Of a DNA stretch of 64,000 nucleotides, positions 27,274-39,912 are shown piece by piece. The stretch spans positions 1,860,001 to 1,924,000 of the forward strand of contig NW_026515668.1 of the NCBI RefSeq assembly GCF_025526975.1, in the 5' to 3' direction. The notes below the pieces were generated by a model, which saw nothing but the letters and a program-made list of their open reading frames with translations, had not been told where the DNA came from and made no database searches. Each line of letters begins with the position of its first letter. The first letter of the stretch is position 1. The DNA is from Fimicolochytrium jonesii (Eukaryota). The position numbers and the translations under genes are program-made.

Positions 27274-29550
27274 TTAGTGTGTGCAATCTAACTTGACGCC
27301 GGTATTCAAACGGCCGCTAGTTTCGCTCGCTCGATCGCATACAGCATCGCCTTGAACATCTACAAAGAAACCACAAACCCGCATCAGTACCCAAACCAAT
27401 ACCGGACCTAAACACGTCTCACCAAAAAAAACCCACCGTCTGAGACTGCCCCCCCTCCTCATCAGCAGCCTCCACAACCGCCCTCGCATTCCGCGCCATC
27501 TCATCAAGCGTGGTGATCAACTTCGCGGCCTTGGCGTCGTTGCGGGCCTTTTTGGCGGCCCAGAAGGTGCGGAGGAGTTCGGTCGCTGTTAGATGGTAGG
27601 TTTGGAGGGTTGCGGGTGGGGGCGGGATGTCTAGTTTGGCGATGGTGAAGAGGGGGATGTGAATATGCTGTTTGTGGGATGTCGCAGGGGTATGGAACGG
27701 GATCAATGGGATGTTTCTTACCGTCGCCACGTTGATGATCCCGTTTTCGCTTCCGTGTCATCTCGTTGAGTTGTTTGAGGACTTTGTCCGCGTTCGAGCG
27801 GTACACCGATGTCTGTGGATTGCTGCATGATCAGAAGGGAATGCCACTTGGTCACACGCCCACCAGAGGATTCTCGCACCTTCGCTAATTGTGGCTGCCA
27901 CCCTAGAATGGTCTGCCGCAAACTCTGCTTGAAAGAAGCAGAATAGACGGCCGTGACATCCTCCTGGCCCGCGGCACTCCCAGCCTGTGCATGGTAGTAT
28001 TTGCTAACGTCGCCAATCATCAGTGCTTTCGCGGCCTGTTTCTGCTCTACTCGTAGGTCGTCCAATTCGGTCGACTCCTTGTACACCTCATCGGCCGGTT
28101 TCGCCGGCTTGGGTAGCGACGCCTGCCCCGCCAAGGTCGATTTTAAAACACCCTCCGAGACGCGGTTGAACTGTCGAATGAGCGGTAGAGAAGCTCTCAC
28201 TCCGCCGGCTCGCATCGTGCTGTCTGGTCGGTTGCCGGTCTCGGTATGGTCCTCGCTTTGCGCGCCGAGATCCAGAAGGTAGTTCGAACTCTCGTAGCTT
28301 GCCGCTTTGGGGTGTTCGGCGTAATCATCGTCATCCTTGGTCTCGTATTTCGCAAAGAACTCGTCGCTGGCTTTGATGGACGCCCCGGCCCGTTTTTGGT
28401 AGTACTTGGACTCGAGGAAGCGGCGGAGGAAGTCTTCGGTGGTTATCTTGTTGGTTGTTACGGTATCATCGTAGGCGCGCTTCACTATCGGATACTGCGA
28501 GAGTATCGACGTGATCATCTCATTGGTGACCTTGTACGTTGTTTCGGTTCCATCGGACCCATTCCCACTCGGGCGGAGTTCAATAATGACTCCTGTCGGC
28601 CCTTTTCGTTGACTCCGCTGCCATTTCTCTTGCGCCAGTAATTCCTGCACGAAAAGCTGTCAGCTTGGGTGAACGAACGCTTGAAGCGGCGCGGCAGCGA
28701 CGGTCGACTAAACGAGTGGTCGAACGAGAACCCATGTCCAACGCTTTGCTCGCGAAAAATCCAACGCTCGCCGGTGCTTGCTAAAAGCCGTAGTGAGGCG
28801 AACATGCGGATTTGGCGCAGTGCGAACTCCCTTCGCTCGCGAAGGCAATCGTCCTGGGACTACGACCTATAGCTCGCCCTCCTCAAGCAACCCCGCGCCT
28901 CAGGCTCGCCGCAGTCCGGATCCGCCCCATCACCGTAGCAACATGCTCCATAACACTCGGAGCTCCGTTGTGCGAATCAACCCTCGCCTATGGCTTGCAA
29001 ACACATACCTGCCTCGCCGCCCAAAAATCGTCCTCGGAGATCAACCTCGACAAAACAAGCGAAGCATGAAGTTGCTTCAGATCCTCGTCCTTCCTCAAGA
29101 TATCATGCCGGATCTGCAAATCCTCATTCGTCGTCGTAGGCTGCGCGACCGCTTTGATCGTCCTGTTATTCGCCTGAATAACATCTCCAAGGAGTGTGAT
29201 GACTCTCGCTCTGTTTTCGACCGCGTCGGGTGCGAGGAAAGTGAGGTTGTGGTTGACCTCGGGCTGTTCGGTGTCGTCGGGGGAAGACTGGGTGACTTTG
29301 AGGATGGGTTTTGCGGGGTTTTTGTTTTGTGCGATTGCTAAACTCACAGAGGTGGAACTCGATTAGCACCTGGGCACGATGACTCTTGGGAGGGAAAGAC
29401 TGGGAACGAACATTTGACGGTCGGATAAGGAACTCGCAGTGCGGGAGTGTCAGCGCCTGTCTCTGTCCAGCTGAACTCCCGCTGGCCAAAGGTGAGGGTG
29501 CCTATGCTTTTGAGGTAGGAGGCGCTGCATTGTAAGCGTGGGCCTGCCAT
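27274..29550 (-). CDS. TFB1: TFIIH subunit p62/Tfb1 (PH plus BSD domains)
   Basis: N-terminal PH-like segment, BSD motifs (LKQLHASLV..ISEDDFWAAR; ILSQYPIVKRAY..FLESKYY), ETGNRPDSTMRAG, ELLRTFW. Confidence 0.9.
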
Positions 29551-29723
29551 TGTGCCCTCTGTGCCTTCTGGCCCTGTCGAGCGCCCGTTGGCTTTTGGGG
29601 CTTTGGGGAGTTTTGAAATTTGCGCCCTCCTTCCTGTCAGTCGCCCCAGCCGTTCGAGGACTTGCGGGCGCTCGTTTTCCCAACGCTCAACAACTACTCA
29701 GTTGACACCACAGCACTGCAACA

Positions 29724-31061
29724 ATGGCTCCCACAACCCCCGCAACAACAGTCTGGGACACGAAAACCCAGCAGTTCCACGGCGGACAAGAATGGCAGTT
29801 CATAGACAACTTCGTAGAGGACTTTTCAGTCACCACAAACGGACTCGGGCTACCCAAAAAGGCTCTCCAGGCCGCGAGAGACTCCCTCGATATCTCCCAC
29901 CACTATCCAGCCGCTGACCAGGAACCTGCAAAGACGAACTTGGCCAAATTCTATGCGCCAGACGGATTCGAGAGTGTTCACGAGCGGCTTTTGTTGGGGA
30001 ACGGCGCGAGCGAGCTTATTGACTTGGTCACTAGGGCGGCACCTGAGGGGCCTTGGAAGCCGGGTCCTTGGACTGTTCAGGTATGTGGAGGCGAGTCAGC
30101 GATAGCGAACGGTCATTTTCATCACTCGCGCGTCGTCGTCAAGAATGGTTAATGGTTGACGTTCGATGGCTGATGATTGATGTTTTTTCATATCCTTTCT
30201 CATAGTACAAAGAGTACGAACGCTCAGCGATCGCGCTTGGCCGTAAAGTGCTTGCGCCCAAGGATGCGACGCCCGCCTCGCTTACATGTATCGTCAACCC
30301 CAACAACCCGACCGGCGACTACATGAACATCGAGGCGCTCAAGAAGTACATTGAGGAGACGGTTGCTGATAACACTGATGTCATGGTTGGTGAGTAAACA
30401 TAAGATCAAGGGAATGGGGCGTCTTGGGAGATCCCCATCTCACTCACTCTCCATCCAACCCCCCACAGACGAATCAATGCAACCATGGCACTCCCCCTCC
30501 TTCCGCTCCGACTCCCTCATCTCGCAACCCACCTGGATCGCCAACCTCTTCCAAACCCGCGGCATCGCCGTCTATCTCATCCACTCCTGGACAAAACTCT
30601 GGTCCTGCACGGGTCTCCGCCTCGGCTCCCTCGTCTGCCCGACCGTCGCCCACTGCACCGCCCTCAAGAAGGTCCAGGTCCCGTGGTCCGTCAACGTCCC
30701 TGCCCTCGCTTTCTTGCAGGTTGTGACTTCAAGCGACGAGCAACCGTTTTTGGATGAGACATGGGCGGTTACCACCCCCTGGCGCACGTACACCGTTGAC
30801 GCTCTCACAACCCTCGGCCAACACGTTAACAGCGGGAAAGGGTGGACGATCACCGGCGAACCCTTCCTCTCGTGGGTGTGGATCGACATGCACGACGCGG
30901 AGGTAGCGGCGCAGGCTGTAGAGTTGGCGAAACGCGCCGGTGTGCCGGTGCGGAGCGGCGTGCCGGGGTATGCGTGCCATACGTGTGTTAGGGCGGCGGT
31001 GAGGAAGCCGGAGTTGGTGGATAAGCTTGTGAGGGCTTGGCAGCCGCTTGTTAAGGCGTAG
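29724..31061 (+). CDS. PLP-dependent class I/II aminotransferase (HisC/CobD-like)
   Basis: FHGG..DFSVTTN, LGNGASELID, VNPNNPTG, DES, SWTKLWSCTGLRLG (PLP lysine); two introns. Confidence 0.85.
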
Positions 31062-32621
31062 ACTCGCCTGAATTGGGGTTCTGAATGTGGGTGTCCGCCT
31101 CACCGATACTCTTCACGCTCGTGGGTGTCACCTTCCGGCGACCCTCCCTTGTTGAACATACACCCCACCTGGCCCCTATCTATCTATCACCACACCTTGC
31201 ATAGACAGTATAGACTTATCACCACGGACTTCCATCAGTCGTATCTATCATATGTATTGCAGCATCCATTCTATCACTTATTTCCTGCTTCTTTATACAC
31301 ATCATCATTATGCTATCTTTACCATGTGTCGGACGATGCTATCGGAATAATCAATGGGAGGTCCATTTGTCGTGCGCGAGCTTTACATGCCTCTCTCGTC
31401 TTACCGGCCACTGCTGCAAGGCCTCACTTGACCAAGGCGGTGACATCCGAGGAAGACGCGTCCCCTTTTCAGAGACGGAGATGCATTGCATTAACATACC
31501 AAAGCACATCACCCATCTAGTTTCCGAACATAGATGACAGGACCAAGTTCGTTCGGCTATTGCCGTGCTTCAAGCGGGATGCAGCATCGTGCTGAGCACA
31601 TGGGCTCAAAGTATCGGCATCCCGCCGGGGCGGCCCATCCCCGCTCTTTATGGACTGCGGACGGGCATACGACTCGGCCTGGGCAGGCAAGCGGGTCTTC
31701 AAACATGGCCCCCGAAACAAGCCGAAGCGTGGCGACTGCAGCGACACGGACGTCCTCGATGCTATGGGCAAGACCCCGGGAGGCAACGAAGGCCGAGGAA
31801 GTCGGTTTTATCTTTCTCTCCCAAACGTTCTCGGAATCGAATCCACTTTCGTTTGAGCGGATGTGGCGCAGTCTGAGCAAATGACGCGCACTTTTCGACA
31901 GCGCGTTGCAGAGTTTGGATCATTCCGTGGTTGGTTTCAGTGCCCCGCGTTTCAGAAGCCCCCCCCCGCGCCGCACACGCAGAGCTATTAAACACCCCCC
32001 TTTGACCTCGATCGCAGAGTCCAATGGAAAACGAGCCCTGTGGGCAGAGGAAACACAGGGGATGCAAAGGTGGGCAAAAATGGGGTCGTTGAGGACAGCG
32101 CGGATGCCGGGAGGGGGTGGGGGCGTTTCAGTTCAGAGGGACGAGCGACCAGTCACGGACGAAAAGAAGCTGGGTAATAAGAGGAAAAAAGCCGGCGGTA
32201 ATTATTACGGGTGGGGAATAATACAGTATGATGAGGAGAGTCCCCCCTTGCGCTTGCTCACAGATCAAACGTGTTGCAGGTTTCCGTGACATATTACTAC
32301 CGGGATTCCCATTCCATCTGTATTGCATTTGAGGCCGTAACTGTCCCGCCGCCCTGTGCCTCTTTTGCTTATCGCATCGTATATAACCGCCACGGCCCCA
32401 CGCAACTCCCCACCCCCTCGCCGCCCTCGAACGCCACCCTCCCTCTTCGCATCATTCCCTTTCTTCTTTCTAAAGGAATCTCATTCTCTTTGTAATAAGA
32501 GGACCTTCGACCTTTGGTTTCCTTCGCCGACGACGACGACGAACGAACGACGAACGACCGCGCGCATACAAGCGGACACAAACACTACTCTCGCTTTCCT
32601 TTCTATAGACTTTAGACAAAA

Positions 32622-33569
32622 ATGGTCAAGCTCGCCCTTATCGTGACCTTCGCTGCGCTGTGCGCTACCGGTGTGTTTGCAGACCCACAGAATGGCCGCC
32701 AACGAGGTGGGCTTGCCCGTGGTGGTGCTGCACGACAACAGCAGGCCGCTGCCGCTCGTGGTGGTGCCGCTCGTGGTGGTGCAGCTGCTGCTGGTGGGGG
32801 TCAACGTGGCGCCGCCGGTCGTGCTGCCGCCGCCGCTCGGGCGAAAGCAGCAGCAGCTGCCGCAGCCAAGGGCCAGGGCAAGAACAACAACGCCGGCAAT
32901 GCAGGAGCGGGAGCAGCTGCGCCTGCTGCTGGGGCTGGGGCCGCCGCCCCCCCTGCTGCCAAACCCGAACCCGCGACCCGCATCACCGAAGTCCCCATCA
33001 CCCAATTCGCCACGGCCCCCTTCTGCGGCGCATCCAACCTGACCCCCTCCGACGGCACACAGATCCGCACGGGCGCCTGCTCCTCCACCGCGCTCGGCGC
33101 CATCCCGGACGTTTCAAAGATGGTCAGCACCATCATCACCTCCCCCGCCAACCTGGCCGTCATCGACGCGACAAAGGACACCCTCGTCGCCGTCGACATG
33201 CTCAACCTCGACACGGGTTTCTTCGCCGACCCCAACAAGCATTACAACCAGCAGCCGCAGACGCTCAACCGCAACGGGATCACACAAGGTCACCAGCACA
33301 TCTCCGTGCAGCCCTTGGTCTCGGGCACGGCCGCGCCGGACCCGACCAAGTTCGCGTTCTTCAAGGGCTTGAACGACGAGTCCAAGAACGGAAAGACATT
33401 GACGGTCACGATCCCCGCGGGAACGTTCAAGACCAACGGCGTGCATCGGATGTGCTCCATGTCTGGAACAGACGCACACCAGCCGCCCATTATGCCCGTC
33501 ACCCAGCGTGGCCCGCAGGACGACTGTATCCGTGTCACGGTGCAGAACGCTGGTGGGGCCGCCGCCTAA
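32622..33569 (+). CDS. Secreted fungal protein with Ala/Gly/Arg-rich N-terminal region and a Cys/His-containing globular domain
   Basis: Intronless 315-aa ORF. Signal peptide, AARGG repeats, GTQIRTGACS, GHQHISVQ, FAFFKGLND, QRGPQDDC. Confidence 0.8.
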   Translation: MVKLALIVTFAALCATGVFADPQNGRQRGGLARGGAARQQQAAAARGGAARGGAAAAGGGQRGAAGRAAAAARAKAAAAAAAKGQGKNNNAGNAGAGAAAPAAGAGAAAPPAAKPEPATRITEVPITQFATAPFCGASNLTPSDGTQIRTGACSSTALGAIPDVSKMVSTIITSPANLAVIDATKDTLVAVDMLNLDTGFFADPNKHYNQQPQTLNRNGITQGHQHISVQPLVSGTAAPDPTKFAFFKGLNDESKNGKTLTVTIPAGTFKTNGVHRMCSMSGTDAHQPPIMPVTQRGPQDDCIRVTVQNAGGAAA

Positions 33570-34533
33570 ACATTTCTCTCCCTCTCCTTGTTCATAGTTT
33601 CACCCAGGCGTAGCCCCCCCGACCCCCACCCACTTTTGTTCATAGACACTGTATATTTCTCGTCTCCATTCGTTTTTGGCCCATCAGCCCGCCCCCTCCT
33701 CTCTTCCGGCGTATTGCAAAAAAACAGAGCCCTCAACCTGTAACATACCTACTCCCTTGGACCGCCATTTTTTTGTACTGTAGATAGAAAGGCTGAACGT
33801 TGCGCCGTGTTGTGGGGGACGTTTCGTTGATATAAGATTCTCTCTTCTTGAAATTAAATGGAATTTTTTCGTGAGATATGGGCTGCAACTGCTACTACGT
33901 ACTGTACGTCCAGGCAGCAAAGCGTTGGCTGGAAACCCTGTGGTCGACACAAACAGACGGCCTCTATGCAGAGGTTGCAACACGATGCAAAAGAGCAGCA
34001 GCAGCCAGAGCAGCACCGCGCGAACTTGATGATGGTGCTCCGAACCAGCTGCTTCCAGGACCCTCCTACGTTCGGATAGACTGTACTGTATAAAGGTCCG
34101 CACAAGAGATGTGTGGCACTCGTTGGCGGGCGGACCCCCTGTCCCTTCCGCGTACGGGTTTGTTCTTACCGAATCCGAGGGGAGTTGTTCTTACCGAAGG
34201 GGAGTGAATCCGAGGGGAGTTGAGCAGAACCGCGCGGGTTCGAATCGCGGGTGGTGCCCCCCGCCGTCAGAGCTCTTTTTGTCGCTTTCTTGCTGAGGGC
34301 GGCATGATGCAACCCGCTCTTCTCGCTCTTCCAACGGCCGGCAACAACAACAACCCCACCCCCACACACAACCCGCACTAAACTCAGCCCTTCTATGCAC
34401 CTTTCAACACCGCCGAATACCCCCCTTTCGGCAAACAAGCACCTCATCCTTCTTTCTGGCACCTCTCCCCACTCGCTACCGCCTCTTACAACCTCTTCAA
34501 GATCACTTGTGTGAAAAAGCACGCTAAGCAGAC

Positions 34534-37014
34534 ATGGCCATCTTCTTTTGGAGAAAGCAGCAGGTGAGGAAGAACGGGACTGTTGCAGGGGCGGGATGGT
34601 GGAGCGTTGTGCTCCGGGTCAGACGTAGAACTGGGCGGGCCCGCCAGCCGGCCCCCGTCTTTTACGAAATGGACGGCCCAAGATGCTGGCGGGTCAAGTC
34701 GAGGCGAGACGTAGTGCGAACGAGGGGGACAACCTCCTCCTCCTTCCTGCAAAGTGGTGGTTAGGGAGGCGGACGTACATTAGTGCCTTCGGCGCCACCT
34801 TGATGGAGAGCCTCTCAAACGAATCCCCACCATCATCACCCCACTCACACAGCTCTCAACCCACCCCCAACAGCTAGACGACGAACAGATCCTCGCCAGC
34901 CTAGACCGCCAAATCCGCCGCACAGAGGTCCGCGTCTCCTCTATCCGTCAACGGCATCAACGGATCAAGCATGCGTGGCTTTATTACTCTGTCTCAATCT
35001 ATGTGTTTGTGCTCGTGCTGTATTTTACGTATTTGAAGCCACGACGGGATCCGTGGGATATTTGGCTGGTCAAGACGGGGGTTGTGGTCGTGGGGGCGCC
35101 GGGGTATGTATTGCGCACCGTAATACCGAGCGTTAAGCGAGGACGAACGCAGCGAAGCGAGCAGAACTGTGAGCGACAGCGAACGATCGTGTATATGACA
35201 CATCGCTCTTTCATCGTTCATGTCTTGCCTCAACAACCTTATCGCGAGCGGAGCGAGCACGGTGTTGTTTTCATCCCATCATGCACTCTCACCGAGCGAT
35301 CACTCATCCATCTTTTTCCTCTCATTCGACCGACAGCATCTACTTTGGGAACCGTTTTATCCGGTACTGGTACCAACGGAAAGAAAAGGCTGAACGTTAG
35401 TGGATCTCGTGCAGAGAATGGTTTTACGATCACGCGAATCTCACCTCTCCATTTTGATTCCATAGGGGATTTATTGGAAAGTCTGAAAGCGAAACAAAAG
35501 GAGAAGGTCGACGCACTGAAAGAGAATGAGGCGTATCGGAAGACACAGCTGTTGTTGCAGCGATATGACACACCGACGAAGGATCGGCCGGCTGGGGTGA
35601 GTTACTCTGGACTTTGCATTGTGACGAAACGATGAGTTTTGTTGGCTCACCGCCTTCATCTGAAGGATGAACTTGTGGACGCAAAGGGACATAGCCGCCC
35701 GACGACTCCTTTACCGTTCCCGCCGTCTCATATCAAAATGGGGCAGCCGTCCAAACAAATGGGACCACCTAGTCTTGCGCCGCCGGGTACACCAGGTGAG
35801 GGAGTTCGTGATCAGCATCTGGTCGATCACGCTGAAAATGTCGTTAATCGCGGACAATAACCCCAGGAATGGCGCCTGTACCAGGAAAACAAATAGACAA
35901 CCCAACGCAAACCACACGCTCCCCATCCCCGTCCCCAGCCTTCCTCTCCATCCCACCCTTCGACCCCACCCAACTACCAAACCGATGTAAGCCGTCCCAG
36001 CCCATCCCAACCTAATCCGCACCCGCATCCATCCCTAAACCATTCCAATATCAGCAGACTCACCCTTACCCCCACCACCAACACCCACGCCCCAACACCC
36101 GTACGCCAAAACATGGTTCGACAAAGTAATCGACGTGATGATCGGCGAGACGAACGACACAAACAGCCCGGCGAGCAAGTATGCGTTGATTTGCGAGGAG
36201 TGTTTTACGCATAACGGGTTGGTGCCGGCTGAGGCTTATTCTGATGCGCGTACGTATGAGATATCATTTTTTTCGTTCGTCCCGTTTCCTTTTCTTCCGC
36301 CTGGGGGTGTGGTCCGTTTCCTTTCCTTCCGCCTGGGCGTGTGTTGGGGTGATGTAAGACCAACGATGACGTTTGTTGAGTTGAATTTATGTTTTCACCG
36401 TAGGCTTCCGCTGCATGCGCTGCGACCACCTCACCATCCCCAAACGCTACGCCAGCATGATCTCCCCATCAAACCTCTCCCCGTCCCAGTCCATCCCCAG
36501 CGACCTCAACACCGCCAGTCCGCGGCATACACCCCCTCCACCCGGGGGGGACGGCGGCCACGTTGCGTTTGCGGACAGTGCGAACGGGAGTGGAGGGATG
36601 ATGTATATGAATCCGAAACTGTCGCAGAGCCAGCCCGCGTTCTTTGCGCCCAGGCATAGTGTGAATCCGTTGGAGGGCCCGCCGCCTGCTGCTGGTGCTG
36701 CGCGGTCTGCACCCGGACACCGAACGGAGAATACGGGCGTTGGCGAGGAGGAGGAGGAGGACATCGCCCCGCCTGCGTCTGGACCGGAACAACAACTACA
36801 CCACGAACAGGAAGCGGCTGCTACGCCGACACCCCCGTCTTCCCAGCCCCAACCGCAACAACAGACGGAAGAAGACGGAGGGACGGGAATGAGACGTCGG
36901 CCGAACGAGAAAAGGGGCGGCCGCGGGAGGAAGGCGGGCAAGGCGGGGAGGAGGCAGGAGGGAACGGGGACGGGGACGGGGACGGATAGTGAGCGGGAGG
37001 GTGCTGTGGAGTGA
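34534..37014 (+). CDS. LNP1: Lunapark ER-junction protein
   Basis: N-terminal EQILASLD, two transmembrane segments, LKAKQKEKVDALKE..YRKTQLLLQRYD, zinc ribbon WFDKVIDVMIG..YALICEECFTHNGL..FRCMRC. Confidence 0.9.
35104..35336 (+). repeat. Lunapark intron 2 carrying four GA-bracketed hairpin units
   Basis: CCGAGCGTTAAGCGAGG, AGCGAAGCGAG, GTGAGCGACAGCGAAC, GCGAGCGGAGCGAGC. Confidence 0.75.
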
Positions 37015-38102
37015 TGTGGGATGAGAGGCGGTAGAAAGCAAAAAAAACGTACGGAGAGACCCCCCCCCCCCCCCCGCACAAAGTAGGCACAACCGCCCAT
37101 ATCACCCAAATGCAGTTGTTAGGAAACCTCTTATCATGTTAGGGCTCTCGTCGTAGTTGGCAGAACGGGAAGGGGAAAGGGAAAGGGTAGATTTGCGATC
37201 CCTGATCCTTTGAGGCAATTGTTTACGGTTGCGTTATATACAGTACAGTATCATCCCTCATGGGTATTGATTCCCATCAATGAATGAAGCATCCAGCGTT
37301 CTGCGCGAGGTGGTTTGAATAGTTTGTGGAACAACACCGTGGACACGCACGCACCTGTCGCTGTCAGAAACCCTGCAAATCTATCTTCCACATCTCTGAA
37401 GCGAATGTTCCCATCGGCGGAAAGTGTGCGGGTGTCCTCCTTTGGATTGTTATATCCTGTATGATGCACAATGAAAGTCTCCACCCGAGCGCCGTCCCGA
37501 TCGTTTCTTTGGGCTGTCCGTCCCACAGCTTTTCATATCCGACGTCGGTGGTTATGCCCGGTCAACCTGGCCTGGTACGAATAGGGGGTGGGGCTGCATT
37601 CTCGTGCGCGTCACCGGCATCGTTGTTGGAGGCTTGTGTCCTCTCCGCGGTCTTCTCGTCGTACCACTCCGTGGTGGTTCTGGTCTGCATCGTCGATGTT
37701 CGTAACATGTGTGCCATATGCGCTTGTCGTCTCCGGCAAGCAAATAGCTCGTTGGCGATCTTGTCTCCGGCTGGTTCTTGTAACGGCATTGTCACGGTCG
37801 GCGAGTCGACAAGTGACCGTTTTTCGACAGCGCGTATCAGCATAGTTCCGCGCATATGGGTCAAAGGACCTCCTCGGCATGTCTGCGAGCGGAACAGATT
37901 GGCGCCTCCAACTCCAACAACAATATACTGCCCGCTGCGGTTTTAGGACTTCTATGACATTCCGAATGAAATAAACCCCTGTGTTCCACCCAACGCACCC
38001 CTGACCCTCCCATTGCGGCAGTCTATATGGTCGGGGGTACAGATTCTATGTCGTCTCCATGCCTGCGTCGGCCTCTCCCTCTTCTCCCCCAACCACGCCC
38101 TC

Positions 38103-39912
38103 TCACTTCCACCCCGGAATCCACACCCCCGTCCGCCCCATATACTCCCCATATCGATCCCCAAAAAAGTTCAAGAGCGTGTACTCCTCATACCTAATCC
38201 TGCTCCTGAAGAACCTGCTCAGCGTTAATGCGAACGCGAGGGCGGAGAACGGGTTGGAGGCGACGAGTTGGGTGCCGAGGGCCCAGTAGTAGAAGGCTGT
38301 GTAGGAGGGGTGGCGGAAGATTCTATAAGGCAGGGGATGTTAGTGTGGAAGTCCTAAGGAGGGACAATAGGGGGAGACGTACGAGTAGACACCGGACGTG
38401 ACGAGTGTGTGATGTGTCTCCTTTTCGTCGGCGACGAGGTGGGTGAAGTTTGCGCCGGCTGTGCACATTGCTGCTGAGCGGAGGGATTGAGACGCGAGGA
38501 GGAGCAGGATTGCTGGTGAAGAAAGTAGTGTCAGTTTTCGACGAGTCGATTGGAGGACCAGGGAAATGTTTACCGAGGTAGTTCCACCACCGGAAGATGT
38601 TCATGGGTGGGTATAGCCATCCCCAGACAAAGTACTCGATTACGCCTGCGATCATCGCGAATTGGTATTCACGGCCGTTGTTCAGGAGGAATGCTGTCAT
38701 CGTAGTACGTAGTGGTCGTAGTCAGTACCAGCGTCTCTAGGCGACGCGCAATTCACATCAATGCCATTCCTTACATGATATCTTAACCTCATTCCCATAC
38801 ATCGCCGTCATCAGATACTCCAGGATATGAAACATCGCCAAAGCGTTCAAGAAGAACCCCAGCCCGCGGTAGTTTTCCGAGTACAATCCTAGAACCAGCC
38901 CCACGCCATGCAGCACTCCAATCAGGTACGCGTGGGCAGCAATGTTCTGCGGCGTGTGCTGTCCGTCGAATATGGGCAAGCCGAGCGGGCCTAGGCCGTG
39001 ATCGGGCTGGGTTTTGGCGGGGACGGAGGAGGACCCTGCGATGCATTGGAGGATGAGGCAGAGCGGGTTGCAGAGAACGAGTTGAGTGCTTAGGCGCCAG
39101 AGTGTGAGAGCGTGCCGGGCGATCTTCATTGCTAGTCTGAGGACGCATAGATTTCAGCAATCGAGAATCGGCAATGATGTGGTTCGCAGTGCATACCTGT
39201 CCCGGGGCCCAGAACTCAGTCCGATCAAAGTGAACGTTCGGATATTCTGCGTGGCTACCGCAATGATCACGCCTAAATGCGCATCCCATAGTGGTGAGTT
39301 TCTCGCCTTCCCCGTTTCCGAAACTATTCCCGCACCAGAACCCTCCAGCGCTCACCGACAGAACTCACTGCTGAGAAGGCCGCAAATTGCGGAAACAGAT
39401 AACTCCGCACAGCATACTCCAGCAATCCCAGGATCAGATACACGTTCTCCTGTACGCCGCCCCCTATCAAGAAAGCTAGCGATTCCGACGCGTTAGGCAC
39501 ACGCCTGGCCATTTTCCCATGGACAAAAGCACATCTTACATCGTATCCCCTGCTCCTGCCTCGACATAGCTCTCGTGATATACTCCAACCCCATCCCCAC
39601 AGCGACAAGAGCCACATACGCGCTGGGCGCCAGTGCCCACGCCTCAGTAGACCGCAGCGCGACACCCGCCCCCGTCGCAGACCCGAGGATGAAAGCGTAC
39701 ATTGCGACATTCTGCGGGGTGTGTTCTGTGGTGAAGAGCGGGAACCCGAGAGCGTTTTTCCGGGCGGCGTGCGGCGTTGTGCGGATGACTTTTGTGGCGG
39801 AGCTGCTTCGGGGATGTTTTTGGGATGAGCGGCTGCGTGCTGGGGAGGAATTGGTGCTTTGTGGGGAGGAAGTCCTGCCTCGGTTGCGCACGGGGGATGA
39901 GTTCGGCGACAT
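38103..39912 (-). CDS. STE14: Isoprenylcysteine carboxyl methyltransferase with an N-terminal degenerate duplicate domain
   Basis: C-terminal copy has FHILEY, FLLNNG, NFTHLV..HTLVTSGVY..RHPSY, RIRYEEYTLLNFFGDRY. N-terminal copy is homologous but lacks the catalytic motifs. Confidence 0.88.

Noticed and set aside
31125..32600. Short ORFs upstream of the secreted protein
   Set aside because: No motifs or codon bias; likely promoter or intergenic DNA.
34160..34260. Short direct repeats (TTGTTCTTACCGAA, GAATCCGAGGGGAGTTG) followed by GGTTCGAATC, suggesting a tRNA, SINE or CRISPR array
   Set aside because: Only two copies, no spacer periodicity, and the T-arm stem and cloverleaf do not pair.
35120..35150. 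Possible hammerhead ribozyme in the shared intron module
   Set aside because: The CUGANGA and GAAA core nucleotides are absent.
37251..37946. Several overlapping short ORFs between lunapark and STE14
   Set aside because: No recognisable motifs and no consistent splice model.
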